This document shows, piece by piece, positions 24,229 through 36,381 of a stretch of 64,000 bases of DNA (its first letter is position 1; the number at the start of each line of letters is the position of its first letter). Source of the stretch: Callorhinchus milii (lineage: Eukaryota). The translations under genes were made by a program, and so were the position numbers. Below the pieces are notes generated by a model. The model was not told the origin of the DNA and made no database searches. It worked only from the letters and a program-made list of their open reading frames with translations. Where the stretch lies: NCBI RefSeq assembly GCF_018977255.1, contig NW_024704742.1:108440001-108504000 (forward strand), in the 5' to 3' direction.

Positions 24229-27200
24229 AAGGGCTCAAGGTTGATCTGTATTCCGGTTTCTCCACTCTTTTTTTGAGTGTGAATCAAACTCCTCCAATCA
24301 GAACCCTCTGACATCCCGATCACAGACGGCCAAAGGCATATCTTTCCTGGAATTAGCTTTGCCCCACAGGAGTAAATCATGGGGAGTTTTGGATCATGGC
24401 ATCCCTAAACAATGCAAACCTCCAAGAGAGAGAACTGACAGGTGCACAGCCCAAGGAGTAACTGATAAGAACAGATACCAGACTTGATCTTAGCCAGAAG
24501 GCTGAGAAGCAATCCATTACTAACGTTATTAGTACAGTATGTTACAGAAGAGAAAGGGAGGAGAAAGGGAAGGGCGAAGGATATGAGCTTGTCCACACAC
24601 GTAGACACACCATCTGCATGATGCATTATTTAAATCGTCTTTCACACATGAGAAAACAGAAGCAGTGACTAGCACAAGAGTGATTTACTATTGCACATGC
24701 CAGTCTTTCTTAGCCTTTCTAGTCCTTACCCTCTCTTCCCTATTTTGGGAGCACATTGAATCAGCACAGTTAGCACATTGAGACATATTTTAGTCAGCTG
24801 GATGTCTGACACGAAAATCCATCACTAAGAGTCTCCAAACCAGACCAAGAGTCTCACATATGTATGCCATCTATGCATGGAAATTTCTGTGTATCTGGGA
24901 AGGAATGAGCACTCTCTCTCTCCCTAGAGGGACACACTAAACTTACCAAGGGAAGTAACCTCTAAATGTAATACAGGACATTCTTAACAGCAGTGCACAC
25001 ACCACTTTTAGCATTCTTAAACTTACTTCTTCCCCTGAGATGGGTGGAGATAAAAAGAAGTGAGAATAAGTGTCACAATTTCCCCTTGCTTGTTATTTCT
25101 TATAATAATAAGATTTAGATTGTATACAATCTTTAGATACAATCTTTAGATACAAGTGGAGGTCCGAAAAGCATACAACAACAAATTGCATTTATATAAC
25201 TCCTTTCACATAATATTTGAAGAAACAAAACAAGAGAAGTCTTGATTTATTCATTCACAAATTCAAAGTTTTTAAAATCAGTGCCTTTGTCTTTTCTAGA
25301 GATCAGAAGCAGTAGCTCTACAATGCAATCTCGCCGAGCCGGGGTGGGGGGGTGAGGGGTGGTGACCGTAGACATAGTCAAAGAGGAAGGTCTTCAAGCG
25401 CCACCTGAAGATGGGGAAGGAAGGGGCAAGGTGGAGTGTTCCAGAGTTTCAGGGCATAGTGGTTGAAAGCGCAACACCAATGGTGGAACGGAGGGCACGG
25501 GGGACATACAGAAGCCAGTCGAGCAGAGGCAGAGAGTTGTGGGTTGATGAGCTCCACCTACAAACTGCTGATAGCATAAGGTAAATAAGCCAATAACATC
25601 TGGACAGCATGTTAAGGCAGATTGCATTTATATAACACCTTTCACATAATATTTGAAGAAACAAAACCAGTAAGTTTCTTCTTGTGACAAACAAGTAAGT
25701 TTCTTCATGAAAGTACATGGGGATAGAGGAAGGAAGAATGTAAATTTTAACTCCTTAGAAATCTACTCTACGACTAGATGAGTTTCTACTCCTTTACAAG
25801 ATGCGATAGTTTAAAAATAGATAAAAAACCTTGGACCTCGGACTATCAGGCATTCTACAGACATATTTATCTAGGGCATGTTAAAGTCCTATAATTAGGG
25901 ATCTAATTTGCCTTATTTCTTAATAGGATTTGTGATTATCTTATTTCTAAACCACTGAATATGCTGAAGTTGTGCTGTTCTTCAACACATTTGATGTTTT
26001 AGAAATTCAATATTTACACAATTCTTATTAAAATATAACCCGAATGATATTGATGGTAATCTGAATAAACCAGCCATAACAATAATGATCTGTCTGAGCA
26101 GGCATCAGGCAGACCTGTGTAAAAATACACGCATTAGAGACATTTGGCATTGACAGTCCGTAAAATGATACTTCATATAGATGTTTTAGTAGCTTGCTCT
26201 GCCCATTAAACAAAGCATAAATGCTTACTAGTGTGAAGGGAGAAAAGATGAAAACAGTAGCAACTATAACGACCAACTCACAGCTCCATTCATTCTGTAC
26301 TTTATAGAAACTCAGCCTTTTCATAAAATGGGAAGTCCACAAAAGTGTTGTTTTTGACAAGTCAGGTTGACAAGAGCTTGGGGACCCCAGAGTATACATT
26401 GGGGTACTGCTGGAGTCTAACCAGCTAAACCCACATTGCTTGCCATTCTCTGGCAAACTTTCCTGCTGCTTGTCCAGGTAGGACTACCCTACCCATTAGG
26501 GCTTTGGCTTGCAGAGTTGAATGGGATGATTCCCTGCCCCAGGTGACGTGTCTGCCCTTCCACGTTCTGCAGCCATTTTGCACACACAATATCCCACAAA
26601 CAGTCATGATGTTAATGACCAATTTTATCTGGGGGATTGTTGGCCAGAAGAAAGTCCCTTCTCTTTTTGAGTAACACCTTGGGATTCTTAGTGTCTACCT
26701 GAATAGGCAGACGGGGCCTCTATTTAACATCTCATTTGACGGACAGCACCTCTAACAATGTAGGCTCCCCCAACACTGTATTGGACTGCTGAGACTGTCT
26801 GATTTTAAAGTTCCTGACATAGGACATCTATATACATATATGTATATATATATATAAACCCTGACGTGTCCATTTAACGAGTAGTTATACCCTATTGCAG
26901 ACTGACCAGAAGTAGACAGTTGTAAGTTTTAATGCGTTAGAGCGTTTGCTTATGAATTTCATAAGTTATTTGGGGGCTTCAACCCACAAGCTTAGCAGGC
27001 CAATATATGCCCTGCCATCTCATGGTTAAGATTTAGAGAACATTTTGCAAAAAAAATTTAAATGTTCTCTTTAGGGTTAAGGCTATACTGTCAGGTGAAC
27101 ATTGAAAGGCAAAGGCATTCTAGGTTTTTATGCCAAAATATTGCATTCATAATCCAGCTGACACATCTGTTGTTTGCTATAAACTTAAAACAATTATTTA

Positions 27201-28442
27201 CACCCGCTGCAGTTGGCTGTAAAGAGCTGGGTGAACATGAAGATCAAGCAAAAGTAGAACAAAGCCAATTGAAAGGAGAATCAGTAAACATTTATTTACC
27301 TAAAGTGAAAGAATGTGGAGTGTACCTTTCAACAAGACCACAGATGCAGAATTCATTACAATATTCAAAAGCGAGTTAAAGAGTGGGTAAACCTGAGAAG
27401 TAAAGGTATTAAGGGATATGGAGAAAAGGCAGAGAAATAAGATTAAACAATTTGCTGTGATCTAATATGATGGTACAATGAGATGAATGGTTTTCTCCTG
27501 TCACTATGTTCCTCTAATCCAACACAGTACATGTGGAACTACATGGCACAAAGAGAAGCTGGAATATTGAATACCTGAGCCATGGAATCACTGCACATTT
27601 AGCAGTCAAGAGGCTGCAATAGTAGTAAGACACCACAATCCATTCACATACATACAGCAAGTTAATGATATGTGTTCAAGCAGGTTTTATTCTGAACACA
27701 ATTTACCATGAAATTGTGCTGAGATCTACGCTATTTCACTGAAACGTTGTATCTTTACCAAGATTTTGAAGTAATCATTAAAACAGCATTTTCGAGCACA
27801 GAGAATATCAGAGTAAATCTTAAACATGCTGAAAATGTAATTAGGCCACGAATACAGATTGCATGTAAATTAGCAGCTCCTGCAGATTACCAAAAATGGA
27901 TTTTGCTCTGTCACGAGAGGCTTTTGAAACTCAGACAACACGCTTCTGCTTTGGATTTTTAAACTCAGGGTCAATCAAAGCTAAAGAGTTGAAGCAGTAA
28001 GAGTTGTGATGTGATAATTGTCACCAAAGATAATTATAATTACCACATCACACGTTGCACATTTCACCTCATAAAGAGCCAAAGAGCACGGAGAATGGAA
28101 GGGAAGAAAAGGTCATGGCCATTACCGCAACATCAAAGGACAAGCCTGTAGACCAGTTTTCATGCATCATTCAAGCCTCTCCTTAGTTGAACAGACAGGA
28201 ATTTCACTAATCATAATAAATCATCCTTGCATTTGATACACAGTACACTCCAGATAACTCATCACTCCAAGGGAAAAGAGTTCAACGAGTGGCGAGTAAG
28301 GTCCTCCTGGGCCACAAGGAGGCACTGTGACTCATCCTGGCACTCGGCAAATGTTAGGCACACATGCTCAGATGCGTCGCTGAGACTTCTGGTGTATTGG
28401 AGGGCCGGTGGCCTCCCTCCCTATCCTGCTACACAGTAGGTG

Positions 28443-28720
28443 TATCTCAAAGCACTTCACAGAATTCACTGTAAAGTGCAGTTACTGTGTATCTTGCAGG
28501 TGAATGTAGCAGCCAATTTGCAAACAGCTATGTCCCACAAACAGCCATGAATTGAGTAACCAATTTTATCTGTATTTTTGTTGGCCAGAAACTCACTTTG
28601 AATAATGCCATGGGATCTGGACAGGCAGATGGGCCCTCGGTTTAACACGCCGAAGGACGGCACTTCTAACAATGCAGCTCACCCCAGCACTGCACTGATG
28701 TGCCAGCCCAGACCATGCGG
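28443..28720 (-). mobile_element. Deu-domain SINE copy
   Basis: GGGCCCTCGGTTTAACAC..GACGGCACTTCTAACAATGCAGC..CTGCACTG. Confidence 0.72.
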
Positions 28721-30287
28721 TCCTGATGGGTACAATGGAGCAGCACAGTGCAGGAAGAACACTCGCAACCATGCATGGAACTTCTGTTACTACAGGAAAG
28801 TGCCTACAATTACAGGAAAAATATCTATAATTCAAAAGACCACAAGCAAATTGGGATGCAGATAAATTAGCTCCAGGCTCCAGAACACCTGCTCCGGCAG
28901 CAAGGAGGGAGGTTCCATCAACCACAAACCCTTGAGCAGATGCCTTTCACGGATACCCAGACCTTCAGGGAATTACATCAACTAAAGTGCTTTGTTGCTT
29001 CAATGACCTGGGACAAACCCCTCTCCAACAACTCCTGATGCCCATCTACACCAATAATATATCATTCAGAAGGGAGATTCAAATTGACCTGCACAGCAGA
29101 TGTTGTCAAACAGAGCACATGTTGCTTTTGAAGACTGACGATAATGCTTGAGTGAATTTTTCTCACAGTATGATTTTTACGAAGTGTTCTCTGCTGTATG
29201 AACTTTGTTGGTATGACACACTGCAGTTCAAACCAACAATTACAGTACTTGCAATACGAAATCACACAATGCACAACTGAGCAGCATAATTTACATCAGA
29301 TCCAGCTTTGAATGCCTTCATAAACCACAAGAGACTCAAGTAAAGAAATTTATAGTCAACTCAGAGCCTGAGCATACTTTGAACCATCTCTGATATAATC
29401 GTTTATGTTAGCATTGCGATCTGCTTCACTCTCCCCAGGAGTTTCTTTCAGTTGAATCACCACCAGCATGGCCAATTTTGCCTTCAGCTCTACATCACAT
29501 GACAGGAAAAGGTTTTTTTTTTAACGTGACATTAGATCAAGAGTTGTGAACAACATCAGCACCCAGTAAAACGATTTTGACAAATAAAACACTATCCGAC
29601 AGCAAAAGAAACCAGTGAAACACAGTAGATGTATGCAGGAAAATTACATCTCCGCAACATTCCCATTGTGGTCATTAGTGCTCAGTACAACATTGCTAAT
29701 GTTGCAAAAATACATTTTTATGAGAGAGGAGCTCTGAAATGGTAAACAGTATTAAAATCGAGATTGCGGCGAGATTGAATTAGAAATTAAACCCTTGGAT
29801 TGTGTTCAGGGATGCAAACTAAAGAACATCACAACGCAGCTCAGAAATAGGGATGTGAGAACATTACACCATTACACCGACTCACAGCAGATCAGACGAC
29901 ATTTAAGGAAGTTAAGTGAGAAGCGAAACTTAACACATATTATTCCATCCGTTTTAAAAAAACAGATGAAAGGGCATTTTTTTTAAGAAAATGCTGGCAC
30001 AACACTAAGAAACAAAATCAAAAGGGACCAATCATGGGCCAGAGTGTTAGATAAGATCCTTTGCATCTAAAAACTAAAATATAATGAAGGGCTGTGTTGC
30101 CCAGATTGGGGTCAGTTTAAAAATTACGCAGTGAGTCATTTGGGAATGAAACTGTGTGTGAGGAGGAGGAGGAGGAGGAGATGTTGGCATTCAGCCTTTC
30201 TCAGACCTTTCCTCCTGAGATTATTACTGGGAAACTTTGTAACGTTTTGCACACATCAGATCCCTTGTTATTGTCACAAACCCTCTC

Positions 30288-30940
30288 CAGGACGGGACAG
30301 CGCAGGACAGGGCAGGACAGGGCAGGGCAGGACAGGGCAGGACAGGGCAGGACAGCGCAGGACAGGACAGGTCAGGACAGCGCAGGACAGGGCAGGACAG
30401 GACAGGGCAAGGCAAGGCAGGGCAGGACAGGGCAGGACAGGACAGGGCAGGGCAGGACAGGGCAGGGCAGGACAGGGCAGGGCAGGACAGGGCAGGACAG
30501 CGCAGGACAGGGCAGGACAGGGCAGGGCAGGGCAGGGCAGCGCAGGACAGGGCAGGACAGGGCAGCGCAGGACAGGGCAGGACAGGACGGGACAGCGCAG
30601 GACAGGGCAGGACAGGACAGGACGGGGCAGCGCAGGGCAGGGCAGGGCAAGGCAGAGCAGGACAGCGCAGGACAGGGCAGGACAGGGCAAGGCTGGGCAG
30701 GGCAGGGCAAGGCAGGGCAGGACGGGGCAAGGCAGGGCAGGACGGGGCAAGGCAGGGCAGGACGGGGCAAGGCAGGACAGCGCAGGACAGGGCAGGGCAA
30801 GGCAGGGCAGGACAGCGCAGGGCAGGGCAGGGCAAGGCAGGACAGCGCAGGACAAGGCAGGGCAGGACAGGACAGGACAAGGCAGGGCAGGACAGGGCAA
30901 GACAGCGCGGGGCAGGACAGGACAGGGCAGGACAGGGCAG
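30288..30940 (+). repeat. Pentamer tandem array (GGGCA/GGACA, with GCGCA and AGGCA variants) at the start of LNPEP intron 1
   Basis: ~130 units of 5 nt, almost T-free on the + strand. Confidence 0.97.
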
Positions 30941-30970
30941 TATCCCCAGCGCCCTCTGCTCTGCACTCAC

Positions 30971-30992
30971 CGCTCTGTGGATGCGGATCCAT
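30971..30992 (-). CDS. LNPEP: LNPEP (IRAP/cystinyl aminopeptidase) coding exon 1 (MDPHPQS + G)
   Basis: GGAGCC-ATG-G (good Kozak) inside a CpG island; 22 coding nt, then donor GTGAGT. The phase-1 join to exon 2 gives MDPHPQSERAQLPRNMIENS, paralleling human MEPFTNDRLQLPRNMIENS, which also has a tiny first coding exon. Confidence 0.88.
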
Positions 30993-31204
30993 GGCTCCTC
31001 CTCACTCCCTCTCCTCTCCTCTCCGCTCCCTTTTGCGGTGGTGTTTATTTACCGGTCACAGCTACAGAGAGGGGGGACAGGGGGTCCGTCTGACTGCGAG
31101 CAAAGCAAATCCCTCCCTCCGGGGCCAGAGGATCGCCGGGCAACTAAACCATAGTCCCTCCCCCACCCCCGGCACCGGGGGAGCGGAGCGGAGTCACCCT
31201 CTCA

Positions 31205-31268
31205 GCCGCCGCCGCCGCCGCCGCCGCCGCTCTCGGGCCGCACTGCCTTCCCGCCGCCGCCGCCGCCG
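31205..31268. repeat. Two (CCG/CGG)n tracts (8 and 6 units)
   Basis: gccgccgcc.. at 31205-31230 and ccgccg.. at 31251-31268. Confidence 0.95.
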
Positions 31269-31406
31269 CGCTGTTCAAAGCGAAGTCCAGACGACCATCT
31301 TAACTCTCGTCCGTTTCCGTCCGCCTCCGCTTCACCGAGAGCGGCTTTCACAGACGCGACGGGTCGATCGACGATCCGAGTGCTGCGGCTTCTCCTTCGC
31401 GTTTGA

Positions 31407-34400
31407 CTCACCAACAACTCACCCTCAGCCCCAACTCACCCCCAACCCCCAACCCCGAGCCCCACCCCCACCCCACCCCCAACCCCGAGCCCCACCCCCA
31501 CCCCCACCCCCACCCCCGAGCCCCACCCTCACCCCCAACCCCGAGCCCCACCCCACCCCCCACCCCAGCCCCAACCCCGAGCCCCACCCCCACCCTCACC
31601 CCCACCCCAACCCCACCCCCCCCCCCCACCCTCACCCCACCCCAACCCCACCCCCCCACCCCCACCCTCACCCCCAACCCCAGCCCCACCCTCACCCACC
31701 CCCAACCCCACCCCACCCCACCCCCCCCCACCCCCCCAACCCCACCCCACCCCACCCCCACCCCCAACCCCACCCCCACCCACCCTCACCCCAACCCCGA
31801 GCCCCACCCTCACCCCCAACCCGACCCCCACCCCCACCCCCCACCCCACCCCACCCCCCACCCCACCCCACCCCACCCTCACCCCCACCCCACCCCACCC
31901 CACCCCACCCCCCCCAGCCCCACCCCCACCCTCACCCCCACCCCACCCCAACCCCGAGCCCCACCCTCACCCCACCCACCCCACCCCTCACCCCCAACCC
32001 CGAGCCCCACCCCCACCCTCACCCCCACCCCCACCCCCCACCCCACCCCCACCCCACCCCACCCTCACCCCCAACCCCGAGCCCCACCCCCACCCCACCC
32101 CCAACCCCGAGCCCACCCCACCCTCACCCCAACCCCGAGCCCCACCCTCACCCCCACCCCCAACCCCGAGCCCCACCCCACCCCACCCCAACCCCGAGCC
32201 CCACCCCCACCCTCACCCCCAACCCCGAGCCCCACCCTCACCCCCAACCCCCACCCCCACCCCGAGCCCCACCCCCACCCCACCCCCAACCCCGAGCCCC
32301 ACCCCACCCCCAACCCCGAGCCCCACCCCCACCCTCACCCCAACCCCCCCCACCCCACCCCCAACCCCGAGCCCCACCCCACCCCACCCCCACCCCCCAC
32401 CCCACCCCCACCCTCACCCCCAACCCCGAGCCCCACCCCACCCTCACCCCCAACCCCGAGCCCCACCCCCAACCCCCAACCCCGAGCCCCACCCTCACCC
32501 TCACCCCCAACCCCCAACCCCGAGCCCCACCCCCACCCCACCCCCAACCCCGAGCCCCACCCCACCCTCACCCCCAACCCGAGCCCCACCCTCACCCCAA
32601 CCCCCAACCCCGAGCCCCACCCCCACCCTCACCCCCAACCCCGAGCCCCACCCTCACCCCAACCCCGAGCCCCACCCCCACCCTCACCCCCAACCCCGAG
32701 CCCCACCCCAACCCCCAACCCCGAGCCCCACCCCACCCTCACCCCAACCCCCAACCCCGAGCCCCACCCCCACCCCACCCCCAACCCCGAGCCCCACCCC
32801 CACCCTCACCCCCAACCCCGAGCCCCACCCTCACCCCCAACCCCAACCCCGAGCCCCACCCCCACCCTCACCCCCAACCCCGAGCCCCACCCTCACCCCA
32901 ACCCCAACCCCGAGCCCCACCTCACCCTCACCCCACCCACACCCTCACCCCCAACCAACCCACCCCACCCAACTCACCCCCAACCCCACCCTCACCCCAA
33001 CCCCACCCACACTCACCCCCACCCACCCTCACCCCAACCAACTCACCCCAGCCCCAACTCACCCCAACCCCACCCTCACCCCCAACCCCACCCTCACACT
33101 CACCCAACCCACAGCCCTCACCCTCACACTCAGCCCCACACCCCAACCAACTCACCCACAGCCCCAACTCACCCCCAACCCCGAGCCCCACCCCCACCCG
33201 AGCCCCAAACAACTCACCCACAGCCCCAACTCACCCCAACCCCGAGCCCCACCCCCACCCGAGCCCCAAACAACTCACCCACAGCCCACTCACCCCCACC
33301 CCACCCCCAACCCGAGCCTCACCCCCCCAACCCCGAGCCCCACCCCACCCCAACCCGAGCCTCACCCTCACCCCAACCCGAGCCACACCCTCACCCCCAA
33401 CCCCCTCACCCCCAACCCCGAGCCTCACCCTCACCCCCAACCCCGAGCCACACCCTCACCCCCAACCCCGAGCCTCACCCTCACCCCCAACCCCGAGCCT
33501 CACCCTCACCCCCAACCAACTCACCCACAGCCCCAACTCACCCCCACACTCACTCACACACTCACCCCCACCCCCACCCCCAACCAACTCACCCCAACCC
33601 CACCCCCAACCAACTCACCCCCAACCCCGAGCCCCACCCCTCACCCCCAACCCCACCCTCACACTCACCCCACCCACACCCTCACCCCCAAACAACTCAC
33701 CCACACCCTCACCCCCAAACAACTCACCCACAGCCCCAACTCACCCACAGCCCCAACTCACCCCCACCCCACCCACCACAGCCCCACCCCACCCCCAACC
33801 CCGAGCCCCACACTCACCGCCACCCACAGCCCCAACTCACCCCCACCCCCAACCCCGAGCCCCACACTCACCCCCACCCTCAGCCCCACCCCCACCCTCA
33901 CCCCCAACCAACTCACCCCCAACCCCACCCACACCCCCAACTCACCCCCAACCCCCAGCCCTCACCCACAGCCCCGAGCCCAGCCCCACCCTCACCCCCA
34001 ACCCTCACCAACCAACTCACCCCCAACCCTCACCCCCGAGCCCCAACCCCACCCATAGCCCCACCCACAGCCCACCCATAGCCCCCAACCCCCACCCCCA
34101 GTCCCACCCTCACCCCCAACCCAGAGCCCCAACTCACCCTCACCCCAACCCCGAGCCCAGCCCCCACCCACAGCCCACCCATAGCCCCCAACCCTCACCC
34201 ATAGCCCCCACCCACAGCCCCACCCCCAGCCCCACCCTCACCCCACCCATAGCCCCCACCCTCACCCCCAACTCTCACCCACCCCAACCCACCCCCAAAT
34301 CACCCACTCAACCCCACCCCAACCCCACCCTCACCCCAGCCCCACCCCCAACCCACCCACTCAACCCCACCCCCAACCCACCCACTCAACACCACCCCAA

Positions 34401-35012
34401 CCCCCAGCCCCACCCCAACTCACCCACTCAACCCCACCCCAACCCACCCACTCAACCCCACCCTCACCCCCAGCCCCACCCCAACTCACCCACTCAACCC
34501 CACCCCAACCCACCCACTCAACCCCACCCCCAACCCACCCACTCAACCCCACCCCCCAGCCCCACCCCCAACTCACCCACTCAACCCCACCCCCAACCCA
34601 CCCACTCAACCCCACCCCACCCTCACCCCCAGCCCCACCCCCAACTCACCCACTCAACCCCACCCCCAACCCCCAGCCCCACCCCCAACTCACCCACTCA
34701 ACCCAACCCCACCCCCAACTCACCCACTCAACCCAACCCCCAGCCCAGCCCCCAACCCACACCCAACTCCAAACCCCACCCCCAGCCCACCCCCCCAGCC
34801 AACCCCCCACCCACAGCCCCACCCCATCCCCACCACCAGCCCCACCCCCAACTCACCCACTCAACCCCACCCCCAAACCCACCCTCACCCCCAGCCCAAC
34901 CCCAGCCCCACCCCAGCCCAGCCCCCAACCCCCAGCCCACCCCCAACCCCCAGCTCACCCCCCACCACACCCCACCCCCAGCCGCAGCCCACCCCCCAGC
35001 CGCAACCCACCC
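31407..35012 (+). repeat. 3.6-kb C-rich degenerate minisatellite (CCCCAA/CCCCGA/CCCTCA/CCCCA units)
   Basis: Recurring CCCCAACCCCGAGCCCCACCCCCACCCTCA-type units; extreme C/A skew. Confidence 0.97.
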
Positions 35013-35285
35013 GCTGTAACCAGCCCCACAGTGCAGCTGCCAAGTTTTTGCAGGAGAGAAAGAGAGAGGGAGAGGAATGTTTCTGCTGGTGCCACGCCTT
35101 GGGGAGTGACAGATCCTGGTTCATAAATGTTGCTTTGGTTTTGGATCAGTTTTTGTTCTCAGAAAAATAACCAAGACTGCCCAGGGTTGGAAAGAGTTTC
35201 GAATCAACAACACTTTAACTCTTATATTTACTACTACAACAACAAGAAGTGTGTTTATTATAAGCACCTTTCACATTGGGAGGAA

Positions 35286-36381
35286 ATCGTAGAATTATAG
35301 AATATTGCAGCACAGAAGGAGGCCATTCGGCCTTTGGAAGAGCTACCCAATCAGTCACCTCCCCGTTCTTTCCACATATCCTTGTAATTTTTTTCCCTTC
35401 AAGTACCTATCCAAAGTTGTTATTGTATCCATTTCCAGGCAGGGCGAAACCTTGGGCAAGTTTCCTTACTCCACACAGAGCCTAATAATAATCCCTAAAA
35501 AAAACATTTTTAATCTACGACTGTTTGTGGGACATTGCTGTGCGCAATTGGCTGCCGCGTTCGCCCACAAATATGCAGTCAATTCACTTTACAGTGTGTT
35601 CTGTGAAGCGCTTTGGGACGTCCTCCCGACGTGAAAAGCGCTATATCAAATGCAAGGATTATTATTATTTCCACCATTCAAGCAGTGCATTCCAGACCAT
35701 AACAACTCTGGAGGGGAAAAACTTCTCCCCTCTGGTTCTTTTGCCAATTATCTTGAATCTATGTCCCCTGGTCATTGACTCAGCTGCCAGTGGAAACCGT
35801 TTCTCCCCATCTACTCTATCAAAATCCCTCATAATTTTGAACACCTCTATTAAATCTCCCTTTAAGTACAACAATCCCAGCCTCTCTAGTCTCCACATAA
35901 CTAAACTCCCCCATCCTGGTACCATTCTGGTAAATCTCTGCACCCTCTCCAAAGCCTTGATATCCTTCCTACAGTGTGATGCCCAGAATTGAACACAATT
36001 CTCCAGCTGAGGCCTAACCAGTACCTTATAAATGTTTAGCAGAACTTCCTCGCTTTTATCCTCTATGCCTCTATTTATAAAGCCAAGGATCCCATATGCT
36101 TTTTTTTAAACAGCTCTTAGCAACCTGCCACCTTCTAACACGTGTGTTTGTGAAACCCCAGGTCTCTCTGCTTGGTACCCTCTTTAAAACTGTACCAGTT
36201 AGTGTATATTGCCTCTTCTCATTCTTCATTCCAAAATGCAGCACCTCACACTTCTCTGCATTAAACTTCATCTGCCATGTGTCTGCCCATTTCACCAGTC
36301 TGTCTATATCCTCCTGCAGTCTTCTACCATCCTCCTCACTGTTTACCACACTCCCAAGGTTTGTGTCATCTTCAAATTTAA
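35286..36381 (-). mobile_element. CR1-clade LINE 3' part, interrupted by a SINE
   Basis: KFEDDTNLG..LQEDIDRLVKWADTWQMKFNAEKCEVLHFG; ERVQRFTRMVPG..GDLIEVFKIM..TRGHRFKI. Confidence 0.92.
35433..35668 (+). mobile_element. 5'-truncated short-form SINE nested in CR1
   Basis: Starts at TTCCAGGCAGGGCGAAAC; ATTTCCA on both sides. Confidence 0.88.

Larger units (their letters stand above)
30941..31405 (-). promoter_or_regulatory. CpG island: LNPEP promoter/5'UTR
   Basis: Dense CpG and high GC around exon 1, in an otherwise CpG-poor, AT-rich window. The TSS cannot be determined from sequence. Confidence 0.8.

Noticed and set aside
30372..30992. 206-aa ORF starting at the LNPEP ATG (MDPHPQSGECRA..)
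   Set aside because: Read-through past the GTGAGT donor into the pentamer repeat; only the first 22 nt are exonic.
30288..35012. CRISPR-like or Ig switch-region interpretation of the arrays
   Set aside because: No repeat-spacer structure and no immunoglobulin exons nearby; the resemblance is compositional only.
30154..35019. 1621-aa Pro/His/Thr-rich ORF and overlapping 892-aa, GQGR-repeat and Gly/Trp/Val ORFs
   Set aside because: These are products of low-complexity arrays whose strands rarely form stop codons. Several frames are open at once, the long ORF has a non-ATG start, and it is antisense to the LNPEP promoter.
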